This document shows positions 10,736 to 19,730 of a stretch of DNA of 64,000 bases, piece after piece. The first letter of the stretch is position 1. Each line of letters opens with the position of its first letter. The notes beneath the pieces were generated by a model. That model made no database searches and was not told the origin of the DNA. It saw only the letters and a program-made list of their open reading frames with translations. Source of the DNA: Ferruginibacter sp. (lineage in GTDB: Bacteria; Bacteroidota; Bacteroidia; Chitinophagales; Chitinophagaceae); assembly GCA_039919015.1 (NCBI GenBank), contig JBDSGK010000017.1:17380-81379 (forward strand). The letters run 5' to 3'. Made by a program: the position numbers and the translations under genes.

Positions 10736-10809
10736 CGGACAAAGATAGTGAGCATGGCTATATCCTACAAAGTTTGAAGAGTCAGAAATCGATCGGTTTA
10801 AAAAAAAGC

Positions 10810-10907
10810 TGTCAGCCTGAGCCTGCCTTTGTTAGCCGACAGGCTTGTGGGCGGATTATGGAATAGCAAACCCTCTTCGACAATCCCTCTAGCCATCGGG
10901 ACTGACA
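10810..10907. repeat. REPIN-like element, family A (TGTCAGCCTGAGC..TTCGACAA..CTGACA), with nested inserts in both arms
   Basis: TGTCAGCCTGAGCCTG-[CCTTTGTTAGCCGACAGGC]... and CTTCGACAA-[TCCCTCTAGCCATCGGGA]-CTGACA. Confidence 0.65.
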
Positions 10908-10961
10908 TTCATTTGATTTATTTTTGAAACTGAAACACTACCGGGAGCTGTTACAAATTAC

Positions 10962-11504
10962 CTACTTCGCAAAAACAGCCAGGGACACGGTTAAATTATC
11001 CGACAAGGAGACACTGCTTCCACCTACACCAAAATTCCTCCTGTTGATGCTGAATTCACCGTCGAAAACATAACCTCCGTTTTTGGGTGTGGCACCAAAG
11101 CCGAATTCAACGGGCCTGGTAACGCCCTTAATGGTTAATTGACCAAATACATAGAATCGGCCGGCAACAGATGACCGGGTGATCTTTGTGCTTTTAAAAT
11201 GGATCGTTTTATGAGTGGCTACATCAAAATATTCGGCCTTCTTTAAATGCCCGTCCCTGGAGCTGTTATCCGTATCAATGGTAGCAGCATCAACAGTTAT
11301 ATCAAAAGAAGAAGTTGAAAATTTTTCAGGGTCGAATTTTATAGTGCCTTTTAGACCGCTGAAATCTCCCCCTGTTTTGAAACCAAAATTCTTAATTGTA
11401 AAATGAACTTTGCTGCCATCACCCACTGGTGTAAGACTGGCCTGGCCAATTACCAGGTTTGAAAGGATCAAAAAAACTAGGAATAAGCCGGATATTTTTT
11501 TCAT
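10962..11504 (-). CDS. YceI family (polyisoprenoid-binding) periplasmic protein
   Basis: Signal peptide; IDAATIDTDNSSRDGHLK, GQLTIKGVTRPV and INRRNFGVG. Confidence 0.9.
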   Translation of the reverse strand: MKKISGLFLVFLILSNLVIGQASLTPVGDGSKVHFTIKNFGFKTGGDFSGLKGTIKFDPEKFSTSSFDITVDAATIDTDNSSRDGHLKKAEYFDVATHKTIHFKSTKITRSSVAGRFYVFGQLTIKGVTRPVEFGFGATPKNGGYVFDGEFSINRRNFGVGGSSVSLSDNLTVSLAVFAK

Positions 11505-11534
11505 GAACTGAAATTAATTAAAATCTTTCTTTTA

Positions 11535-12272
11535 TCATTTTAAATTATAAGTCACCCCCATTGCAATACCGGTCATTTTTTTTCTGAACCGGTCATTCTT
11601 ATCTCCACCAGGAGTAGTCTGCACTTTTGAATCCGTTGTGTATTCAGCAAAGAGGAATTGAAAACCTAATTTAACTCCCCAAGAATCATTCCACTTATAC
11701 CTGGCAAACAACTCGCTGTTGAGGGATCCCTGATCATTATCGCTAATTAACAAAAGATTAAAGGGTGTTGGTTTAGCGGTTACCGGGATACCGGTTGCAA
11801 AATTATTTCCGTAATAAATGCCGGTTTGTTTTTTGCCAAAACTAAAACCAATGGCGTCAATGGTTATTCCGGCCGAAAACCTTTTACTGAAATTATATCC
11901 AACATTCAATGATAAATTCAATGAATTGATCTGCGCTTTGGGAAAGAGTACAGAATCTATGTTCGCATCAATATCGTCTGCAAAAAGTACGGATGGACCG
12001 GTTTTTCCACTGGTTAATTTTGCGGGTGCCGTTCTGAAATAAAGGTTGCTTCCAAAGTAACTGGTAAATCTTGCTCCGAGGCCGAGCTCAATTTTTTGAC
12101 GCTTTCCCAATTTCCAATTGTAAACATATGCAAGTGAACCCGTACCCTGTGAAGAACCTATACCGGCGGTAAATTCTGCAAAATTATCTACTGCCGTAAG
12201 TTTTTTTTGTTGAGCGCTTACGCTACCCGAAAGCAACAAGTAATATAAAACAGATAAAATGATTTTATTCAT
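11535..12272 (-). CDS. Hypothetical outer-membrane beta-barrel protein
   Basis: Signal peptide; alternating amphipathic beta-strands (LAYVYNW, LSLNVGYNF, VKLGFQF); C-terminal GVTYNLK. Confidence 0.6.
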   Translation of the reverse strand: MNKIILSVLYYLLLSGSVSAQQKKLTAVDNFAEFTAGIGSSQGTGSLAYVYNWKLGKRQKIELGLGARFTSYFGSNLYFRTAPAKLTSGKTGPSVLFADDIDANIDSVLFPKAQINSLNLSLNVGYNFSKRFSAGITIDAIGFSFGKKQTGIYYGNNFATGIPVTAKPTPFNLLLISDNDQGSLNSELFARYKWNDSWGVKLGFQFLFAEYTTDSKVQTTPGGDKNDRFRKKMTGIAMGVTYNLK

Positions 12273-12296
12273 GATTGTTTTTTTTATATTATTAAT

Positions 12297-12746
12297 TTAT
12301 CGCAATTCAGTATATCCAAACTGTATCCTAAAACGGGCACACCAGATAAGTACGTATTTGTAATTGGCAATATCAGGTTCGCCCGGTAATTCATAATTAA
12401 ATGTGCCACTGGTGTATTTCATAAACCCCAGGTCGGTATATTCAGTTGGTGGAGAAGCGTGGCTGCCGATAGTCTTGGAAAAATACACATGTACGTCGGG
12501 TCCGTTATTCGAATTGAAATTTTTAAATACCAGGTAATATCTCATTCCCAGCTTTTCTACAGTTACATCCCCCCTTGCCCGGTCACCTGATTCTCCGCCA
12601 ATTAAGACACCACTGTATAATACCTGGATTTGTGTAGTATCTCCAGGCGGAACAATAATTTCATTGCCGTTTGAAGGGATCTTATCTTTTTTGCAACTAA
12701 ACATAAACAAACATGCTACAAACAATAAACTTGATACTGTTTTCAT
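12297..12746 (-). CDS. DM13 domain lipoprotein
   Basis: Lipobox FMFSC; NGPDVHVYFS and YKYVLIWCARF DM13 motifs. Confidence 0.85.
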   Translation of the reverse strand: MKTVSSLLFVACLFMFSCKKDKIPSNGNEIIVPPGDTTQIQVLYSGVLIGGESGDRARGDVTVEKLGMRYYLVFKNFNSNNGPDVHVYFSKTIGSHASPPTEYTDLGFMKYTSGTFNYELPGEPDIANYKYVLIWCARFRIQFGYTELR

Positions 12747-12913
12747 AATATTACATTTTAGAGATACAAATTAAGTAACCCAACCAAAAGCAATTGTCAG
12801 TTAACTGACAATTGCGTGTTTTTAACAAACCTTATCTATTCTACTTACGTAAATATTTCGTGAAGATTTAAACAGTAATGAATTAGATTGTATTTTTAAA
12901 TAAATAAGATTTT

Positions 12914-13774
12914 CTGATAAAACCATCCACCATACAACTCTTACGTTTTCATTTTTCTTTCTTCCTGATGCCGGTTTACTGGTTTGCATTAAGCCAGACA
13001 GCTGCAATACATGTATCCCATGCCATTTTGGTTTTTTTTATCCTGCACATACTGGTTTACCCTGCCAGCAACGGTTACAACAGTTATATGGACAGGGATA
13101 CAGACAGTATTGGTGGTATTCAAAATCCTAAGCAACCTACCAAACAGTTATTCTACGCAACCATTCTGCTTGACCTGGTGTCTATTAGCATTAGTTATTT
13201 TCTTGGTCTTTATTTTTTGTTGGGCATTATTGCCTACATACTGGCATCAAGAGCATATAGTTACAGGGGCATTCGGTTAAAAAAATACCCGGTCATTGGT
13301 TACCTGACCGTTATTATTTTCCAGGGTGGCTTAACTTTTTTTTTAGTGGTGCATGGAAGCAGCAGTGAAAAAATTACTGAAGTGCCGTTAATAGGCATGT
13401 TGACGGCCAGTTTACTAATCGGGGGCTTTTATCCGTTAACACAGATATACCAGCATAAACAGGATGCAGCAGACGGGGTAATATCCATCAGCAGCATGTT
13501 GGGTTACAATGGCACTTTTATATTTACCGGCATTGTCTATTTATTCGCCATGTGCAGTCTCGGTTTTTACCTGATCGGAAATGCACAGCAATACAACTTT
13601 TTTATCATTCAGGTGTTTTTCATTCCGATACTGGCATATTTTTTATGGTGGTTTAAAAAAGTATGGGCCGATACAGGCGCAGCCAATTTTAAAAATACCA
13701 TGCGCATGAATATGCTGGCTTCTTTTTGTAGCAATTGTGCGTTTATAACATTATTAATACTGGAAAAATATTGA
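12914..13774 (+). CDS. UbiA family prenyltransferase
   Basis: First Asp motif NGYNSYMDRDTDS, second YQHKQDAADG; about 8 TM helices. The frame is open upstream of ATG 12968 to a stop at 12905-12907; probable CTG start at 12914. Confidence 0.85.
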   Translation: MIKPSTIQLLRFHFSFFLMPVYWFALSQTAAIHVSHAILVFFILHILVYPASNGYNSYMDRDTDSIGGIQNPKQPTKQLFYATILLDLVSISISYFLGLYFLLGIIAYILASRAYSYRGIRLKKYPVIGYLTVIIFQGGLTFFLVVHGSSSEKITEVPLIGMLTASLLIGGFYPLTQIYQHKQDAADGVISISSMLGYNGTFIFTGIVYLFAMCSLGFYLIGNAQQYNFFIIQVFFIPILAYFLWWFKKVWADTGAANFKNTMRMNMLASFCSNCAFITLLILEKY

Positions 13775-14865
13775 GCAAGATCATTTCTATAGCAACTGAA
13801 GTCCCTTCAAACAAACATGAGCAACATGCGATCTGTGATTTTGCCGATGCCATTTACAGCACGGATGAAACAGAGAGCCGTAAATTAAAATTCCTGTACA
13901 GGCACTGTGGAATTACAACCCGTTATTCAGTAATTCCCGATTATGGTTTACCTCCTGCCGAACGGCAGTTCTATTCAACGGCTCCCAACCTGGAGCCCTT
14001 TCCAGCTATGGAGAAAAGGATGGAGTGGTATGCAGATCATGCAGCCCCACTTTCCATCAAAGCCATTCAAAAATGCATAGCAGGTAAGATCAGCAATACA
14101 GAGATCACACACCTGATCACCGTAAGTTGTACAGGCATGAGCGCCCCCGGGCTCGATCTTGAGATCATGGAAAAGATGGGTCTGATGAGGAATGTATTCC
14201 GCACTTCCGTCAATTTCATGGGTTGTTATGCTGCCATACATGCCCTTAAACTGGCTGATGCCATTTGTAAATCTGCTGATGCGGCAAACGTGATCATTGT
14301 ATGCACGGAATTTTGTACCCTGCATTTTCAAAAAGAGATCTCATTAGATAATATTACGGCTACCCTTTTATTTGCTGATGGATGTGCTGCTGTTTTAATG
14401 CAACCGGACCGGTCAGCATCAAAAGGGATCAGCATCAAAAGCTTTTTCTCTGATGTGGCTTTTAAGGGTAAATCTGATATGTCGTGGAAGATCGCTTCTA
14501 CCGGTTTTTTAATGACACTTTCAGGTTATGTACCCGACCTGTTAAAGGAAGATTTTGATGGATTAGTGACCAAAGCTTTGGAACACGCCGGATTAAGTAA
14601 AGATGAAATAACCCACTGGTGCATTCACCCCGGTGGCAAAAAGATACTTGAAGCTATTGAAAAGGGTATATCCCTGCCAGCAGAAAGCCTGCATTATTCA
14701 TATGAAGTACTGAATGATTATGGCAATATGAGTTCGGCTACCATCCTGTTCGTGTTAAAGAAAATGTTAGATGAACTTACTGAAACATCCAAACCCGCCA
14801 GGATATTTGGAGCTGCTTTTGGCCCGGGACTAACCATGGAAACTTTTACTGCTTCCTATGATTAA
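13771..14865 (+). CDS. Type III polyketide synthase (chalcone/alkylresorcinol synthase family)
   Basis: Cys-His-Asn triad: FMGCYAA, WCIHPGG, YGNMSS; LFADG and FGPGLT. TTG start at 13771 overlaps the UbiA TGA. Confidence 0.95.
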   Translation: MSKIISIATEVPSNKHEQHAICDFADAIYSTDETESRKLKFLYRHCGITTRYSVIPDYGLPPAERQFYSTAPNLEPFPAMEKRMEWYADHAAPLSIKAIQKCIAGKISNTEITHLITVSCTGMSAPGLDLEIMEKMGLMRNVFRTSVNFMGCYAAIHALKLADAICKSADAANVIIVCTEFCTLHFQKEISLDNITATLLFADGCAAVLMQPDRSASKGISIKSFFSDVAFKGKSDMSWKIASTGFLMTLSGYVPDLLKEDFDGLVTKALEHAGLSKDEITHWCIHPGGKKILEAIEKGISLPAESLHYSYEVLNDYGNMSSATILFVLKKMLDELTETSKPARIFGAAFGPGLTMETFTASYD

Positions 14866-15565
14866 TCTGAGCAACAGATCATACAAAAAAGAACTGCTTG
14901 ACCAGAATGATATTCCTTTTGCTGACATTCGGCAAAACATGAAGGAACTCAATACCATCAACAAATGGCTTGGGGGACACAACATAACCATTGCAGGGCT
15001 TCAGTCGCTGATCACACACGAGGCTACCCATAAGCCGATATGCATTTGTGAGATCGGTTGTGGCGGTGGTGATAACTTAAAAGCCATCAGCAATTACTGC
15101 ATCAGTAAAAAAATCCCGGTTCATTTTATTGGCATTGATATCAAGCAGGAATGCATTGACTTTGCCAAACAGCAATATCCTGATCTGAATTCAACCTGGA
15201 TCACGAGTGATTATCAACAGGCCGATTTTGATGAACACAAGCCTGATATCATTTTTTCTTCTCTTTTCTGCCATCATTTTACAGAAGTTCAATTGGTAAC
15301 CATGCTGCAATGGATGAGCAATAATTCGTGTACCGGCTTTTTTATTAATGACCTGCAACGTCACCCGCTGGCCTATTACAGCATTAAATGGATTACAAAG
15401 TTTTTTTCCGGATCATACCTGGTAAAAAATGATGCACCGCTTTCTGTTGCCCGGGGATTTGTAAAAGAAGAATGGACCAGGCTCTTTAAAACCGCGGGTA
15501 TTAATAATTTTTCTATCAAATGGAAATGGGCTTTCCGTTATTTGATAACTTGCAGGAATGACTGA
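14858..15565 (+). CDS. Class I SAM-dependent methyltransferase
   Basis: ICEIGCGGGD SAM-binding motif, SSLFCHHF and INDLQRH; ATG overlaps the PKS stop. Confidence 0.9.
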   Translation: MINLSNRSYKKELLDQNDIPFADIRQNMKELNTINKWLGGHNITIAGLQSLITHEATHKPICICEIGCGGGDNLKAISNYCISKKIPVHFIGIDIKQECIDFAKQQYPDLNSTWITSDYQQADFDEHKPDIIFSSLFCHHFTEVQLVTMLQWMSNNSCTGFFINDLQRHPLAYYSIKWITKFFSGSYLVKNDAPLSVARGFVKEEWTRLFKTAGINNFSIKWKWAFRYLITCRND

Positions 15566-16697
15566 CGGGGTAAAATATGATACCTGTATCATTGGAGGCG
15601 GATTAGCCGGCCTGGCATTATCCATTCAGCTGGCAAAGCTGGGTCACAAGATTGCATTATTCGAAAAAGAACAATACCCCTTTCATAAAGTTTGTGGCGA
15701 GTACATCAGTCTCGAAAGCTGGGATTTTATAGAAGGTCTTGGTTTACCCCTACATGAAATGCAATTACCGATCATTTCCAATTTAATTGTAACCGCTCCC
15801 AATGGAAACCAGCTACAGCAAGCCTTACCGCTGGGCGGTTTTGGTATAAGCCGTTATAAACTGGATGCTGCATTAAAAGAAATTGCCCTGGCGAATAGCG
15901 TAACCCTGTTTGAGCATTGTAAGGTAAACGGAGTTACATTCTTTAACAATGAATTTCATGTACAAACCACGCAGGGAGAATTTTACAGCAAGCTGTGTTG
16001 TGGCAGTTTTGGCAAGAGAAGTAACCTTGATGTAAAATGGAACAGGCCCTTTGTCTATCAAAAACCAAACAAACTCAACAACTATATCGGCGTAAAATAT
16101 CATATCAAAACAAATTTCCCGGCCAATACCATTGCCCTGCATAATTTTAAGAACGGGTACTGCGGCATCTCAAAGATCGAAGCCGATAAATATTGTCTTT
16201 GTTATCTCACCAATGCCGAAAACCTGAAGGCGAGTAATAATTCCATTGAAAAGATGGAGGAAAATATCCTGAAACAAAATCCCCACCTTAAAAAGATTTT
16301 TGAGAACTGTGAAATGCTGTATGAATCGCCTGTAACCATTTCTCAAATATCTTTCGACAAGAAAGCGCAGGTACAGGATCATGTATTGTTGATGGGAGAT
16401 GCAGCAGGTATGATCACACCACTTTGCGGCAATGGTATGAGCATGGCTTTACATGGGAGTAAGATCGCAGCAGGTTATATTCAACAGTTCTTTTCCGGTA
16501 AAATAACAAGGGCTGAAATGGAATCAGGTTATACACAACAATGGAGATCATTATTTAGTAATAGATTACGAACAGGCAGGTGGATACAATCTATGTTTGG
16601 CAAGGTGTGGGCCACCAATTTTTTTGTTGGCTTAATGAAAAAACTTCCTGCACTTACCAAAGTATTAATTAAACAAACACACGGAAAGCCATTTTAA
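15558..16697 (+). CDS. NAD(P)/FAD-dependent oxidoreductase (geranylgeranyl reductase / flavoprotein monooxygenase-like)
   Basis: IIGGGLAG, HKVCGEYIS and MGDAAGMITPLCGNGMSMA; ATG overlaps the methyltransferase stop. Confidence 0.9.
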   Translation: MTDGVKYDTCIIGGGLAGLALSIQLAKLGHKIALFEKEQYPFHKVCGEYISLESWDFIEGLGLPLHEMQLPIISNLIVTAPNGNQLQQALPLGGFGISRYKLDAALKEIALANSVTLFEHCKVNGVTFFNNEFHVQTTQGEFYSKLCCGSFGKRSNLDVKWNRPFVYQKPNKLNNYIGVKYHIKTNFPANTIALHNFKNGYCGISKIEADKYCLCYLTNAENLKASNNSIEKMEENILKQNPHLKKIFENCEMLYESPVTISQISFDKKAQVQDHVLLMGDAAGMITPLCGNGMSMALHGSKIAAGYIQQFFSGKITRAEMESGYTQQWRSLFSNRLRTGRWIQSMFGKVWATNFFVGLMKKLPALTKVLIKQTHGKPF

Positions 16698-16746
16698 TTT
16701 TTATCTCATCGGAATTTTAAATCGCAGGTTGTCTAATCAAAAAGGT

Positions 16747-16825
16747 TGTCAGTCTGAGCTTGTCGAAGACAGATTGAGGATGAAGATCCCTTTACATAAC
16801 CGCCTTCGACAAGCTCAGGCTGACA
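16747..16825. repeat. REPIN-like element, family A
   Basis: Inverted 22-mers TGTCAGTCTGAGCTTGTCGAAG (16747-16768) and CTTCGACAAGCTCAGGCTGACA (16804-16825), 21/22 complementary, between convergent genes. Confidence 0.85.
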
Positions 16826-16836
16826 GTACAATTATT

Positions 16837-17883
16837 TTAGATCTTTTCATCAGCTTCCCTGATCAATTTAAAATGAGCCTTGATCGATGCCAGGAATTTC
16901 CTTCCTTTTTGAAAAGGCCAGGGTTTTATTCCCTGTTTGCTGTTGTAGGTACAGATCCGGTATAAGGCTTTCCAATGCTTTAATATTTCGTTGTAAGCGC
17001 CAGCCAAAGTATAGCCTGTATCATAAAAATGATTGGGCTCTGCACCGCAACCATTGTATTCAAGTATGGTAAAGTTCTTCCCCTTCTTCAGGTCTTCTAC
17101 GTTCGTGCACATGATATCGTAGCGTCCATAAAAAAAATCATTGATGTTGTGACTGATCTCATCAAAAATACTTACCAGCTTATCATCAATATGTTCTTTC
17201 AGGTCAATAAAATGAGCTCCACGGTTGTGATTGGCCGCATAACTCAGCATGTATTTTTCTCCCGCCGGAATAATTTGATGTAGTTGGTCTTTATGCTTGC
17301 TGAACATTTCGCCAATTCGCTTTTGAGCCTTTGGATGCTGTCGGATCAGTTCTTCAAGCGTTTCTTTTCCATTGCCGGTAACCTGCAAAGGTATCTTATG
17401 CAAAAAACCGGTTACCGTACCTTTTTCCTCCTGCGGATGCCGGATATAAAAAACACTTACTTCCATCGGGTAACTGACCAGCGCCTGCACAATGTATTCA
17501 ACAGGTATTTTAGCATGATAATTTTGTAATTCTTCTTCGGTATCAATTTTCCGGAATAAGATCCCCTGGCACCCAACTTCGGGTTTTACAATGAAGGGAT
17601 ATGTTATGCCGCTTTTTTCCAGGTTAGTTCTTACCGTATCAAAATCCTGTTGGGGCAAAACATTAAACGTAGTGGGGTATAAATGCCCAGGCAACAGGTC
17701 ATACATTTCTTTTTTGGGCTCCCCGTCCATTCCACCAAAAGTGATCTTTGGATTGCTGGGTGTAAAGAACCAGACAGAGCCTGATCTCAACATATACCAA
17801 CCCCAAATCGGCGCAATTGGTGCATAGAGCAATTTAAAAGGCCAGGCTTCCCAGTTTGTAATTCGGTTAAAGATATTTTTCAT
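16837..17883 (-). CDS. ATP-grasp protein (D-Ala-D-Ala ligase-like), function unknown
   Basis: YPFIVKPEVGCQG, YIVQALV, YGRYDI and ILEYNGCGAEPNH. ATG at 17883 preferred. Confidence 0.7.
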   Translation of the reverse strand: MKNIFNRITNWEAWPFKLLYAPIAPIWGWYMLRSGSVWFFTPSNPKITFGGMDGEPKKEMYDLLPGHLYPTTFNVLPQQDFDTVRTNLEKSGITYPFIVKPEVGCQGILFRKIDTEEELQNYHAKIPVEYIVQALVSYPMEVSVFYIRHPQEEKGTVTGFLHKIPLQVTGNGKETLEELIRQHPKAQKRIGEMFSKHKDQLHQIIPAGEKYMLSYAANHNRGAHFIDLKEHIDDKLVSIFDEISHNINDFFYGRYDIMCTNVEDLKKGKNFTILEYNGCGAEPNHFYDTGYTLAGAYNEILKHWKALYRICTYNSKQGIKPWPFQKGRKFLASIKAHFKLIREADEKI

Positions 17884-17932
17884 CGGTTGAGTTGGCACGA
17901 AGATATTTAAAATGTAACTGTAATCACACAAA

Positions 17933-17952
17933 CCTGCCTGCCGGTAGGCAGG
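17933..17952. repeat. Short palindromic mini-element CCTGCCTGCCGGTAGGCAGG
   Basis: 20-nt hairpin CCTGCCT-GCCGGT-AGGCAGG. Confidence 0.6.
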
Positions 17953-18014
17953 GCCGCTAAGTACACAAAGAAAAAAAAATATACGCTCCGCGGATAGTGC
18001 ATCAGTTTAGAAGT

Positions 18015-18099
18015 TGTCAGCCTGAGCCTGTCGAAGGCGGTGTAATTAAATAATCTCACCATCTTGATTCAACCCGTCTTCGACAAGCTCAGACAGACA
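18015..18099. repeat. REPIN-like element, family A
   Basis: TGTCAGCCTGAGCCTGTCGAAGGCGG ... CCGTCTTCGACAAGCTCAGACAGACA inverted arms. Confidence 0.8.
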
Positions 18100-18224
18100 G
18101 AATAATTTAGCTGACATTCTTTCGATGGTTCCTTCCGAGTCTTTGTAGGGAAATAAAACCGAATGGCTTATTTTTGCTAAGCACAATTGCTTTTATATTA
18201 ATTTACCTGGATAAATTTTACATT

Positions 18225-19007
18225 ATGCACGTTCCTACAATGGCAGAGATGATGGCAAAGGGCGAAAGTCCCGAAGTTTTATTTTGGGTAGGCTGCGCCG
18301 GGAGCTTTGATCAGCGGGCACAAAAAATAACCAGGGCATTTGTAACCATACTCAACAAAGTCGGCATCAAATACGCCATCCTGGGCAAAGAAGAAATGTG
18401 TACCGGCGACCCGGCAAGGCGTGCCGGCAATGAATTCATGTTCCAGATGATGGCATATCAAAATATCCAGGTACTGAATGGGTATGGTATCAAAAAGATC
18501 GTGACTGCCTGCCCGCATTGTTTTAATACCATCAAAAATGAATACCCGGTATTGGGAGGCACTTATGAAGTGATACATCATGCAACATTTTTACAGCAAC
18601 TCATTGATGAAGGCAGGATAAAAATGACGGAAGGCGGAACATTCAAAGGCAAAAAGATCACTTACCACGACAGTTGTTACCTGGGCCGTGCCAATGGTAT
18701 TTATGAAGCGCCAAGAAAGGTCCTGGAAGCCCTGGATGTTTCGCTGGTAGAAATGAAACGCTGTCGCAGCAATGGCCTTTGCTGTGGTGCAGGTGGTGCA
18801 CAAATGTGGAAAGAAGAAGAGAAAGGAACTACCCGTATCAATTTAGAACGTAGCCATGAAGCCCTGGAAACCGGCGCCAGCGTTATTGCAGCAGCTTGCC
18901 CCTTCTGCAATACCATGATGACGGATGGTGTAAAGAACAGTAATAAAGAAGATGAAGTGCAGGTGCTGGATATTGCGGAGCTGGTGGCTATGTCAATGAA
19001 GAATTAA
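18225..19007 (+). CDS. CCG-domain (Fe-S)-binding protein (GlpC/HdrB-like)
   Basis: WVGCAG, EMCTGD, TACPHC, YHDSCYLGR, GLCCGAGG and ACPFC. ATG at 18225 preferred. Confidence 0.9.
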   Translation: MHVPTMAEMMAKGESPEVLFWVGCAGSFDQRAQKITRAFVTILNKVGIKYAILGKEEMCTGDPARRAGNEFMFQMMAYQNIQVLNGYGIKKIVTACPHCFNTIKNEYPVLGGTYEVIHHATFLQQLIDEGRIKMTEGGTFKGKKITYHDSCYLGRANGIYEAPRKVLEALDVSLVEMKRCRSNGLCCGAGGAQMWKEEEKGTTRINLERSHEALETGASVIAAACPFCNTMMTDGVKNSNKEDEVQVLDIAELVAMSMKN

Positions 19008-19030
19008 GAATTAAAAATGAAGAATTAAAA

Positions 19031-19546
19031 ATGGAACTCGATTTTACAGAACATATACCTGCAGATTTTAACGATAACTCCCGTGTGTGGATCTACCAAA
19101 GTAGCCGTTTATTTTTTATCAGCGAAGCATTGGAAATGGAAGACATGCTGAATGAATTTGCTGCCAACTGGCAAAGCCATGGCGCCCCGGTAAAAGGATT
19201 TGCCAATTTATTTTTCGGGAGGTTCATGGTGTTGATGGCAGATGAAACAGCAACAGGCGTGAGTGGGTGCAGTACGGATAGCTCTGTACGCCTGATCAAA
19301 TCCATTGAAGAGAAATTTAAAGTAGAACTTTTCGACAGGCAAACACTTGCCTTTGTGGTAAAAGATAAAATTGAACTGCTGCCGCTTAATCAACTGGATT
19401 ATGCCGTTGAAAATAATTTTATTGATGGAGATACCTTGTATTTCAACAATACCGTACTGAGTAAAAAAGAAATGGTTGATAAATGGATCATCCCGGTGAA
19501 AGAAAGCTGGCTGGCAAAACGATTGACCTTTGCTGAAAAAAAATGA
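19031..19546 (+). CDS. Conserved Bacteroidota hypothetical protein
   Basis: SRVWIYQS, WQSHG, SGCSTDSS and YFNNTV pattern recalled from a conserved Bacteroidota family. Confidence 0.65.
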   Translation: MELDFTEHIPADFNDNSRVWIYQSSRLFFISEALEMEDMLNEFAANWQSHGAPVKGFANLFFGRFMVLMADETATGVSGCSTDSSVRLIKSIEEKFKVELFDRQTLAFVVKDKIELLPLNQLDYAVENNFIDGDTLYFNNTVLSKKEMVDKWIIPVKESWLAKRLTFAEKK

Positions 19547-19570
19547 TCAATTCAAATAAAACTTTTGTTT

Positions 19571-19651
19571 TGTCATGCTGAGGAACGAAGCATCTCAGTA
19601 AAACATAAACCTGCTAATCAAGCATGAGATGCTTCGTTCCTCAGCATGACA
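19571..19651. repeat. REPIN-like element (family A variant) with perfect 26-bp inverted repeats
   Basis: TGTCATGCTGAGGAACGAAGCATCTC (19571-19596) and its exact reverse complement at 19626-19651. Confidence 0.9.
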
Positions 19652-19695
19652 GTATTCAGGAAGTTCAATAATGATAATCAATACAAGGGTGCCCC

Positions 19696-19727
19696 CACTC
19701 ACTACTCACGACTCACTACTCACGACT
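19696..19727. repeat. 7-bp short tandem repeat (ACTCACT/ACTCACG)
   Basis: ACTCACT ACTCACG ACTCACT ACTCACG ACT, just past the end of the TonB receptor gene. Confidence 0.8.
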
Positions 19728-19730
19728 ATT

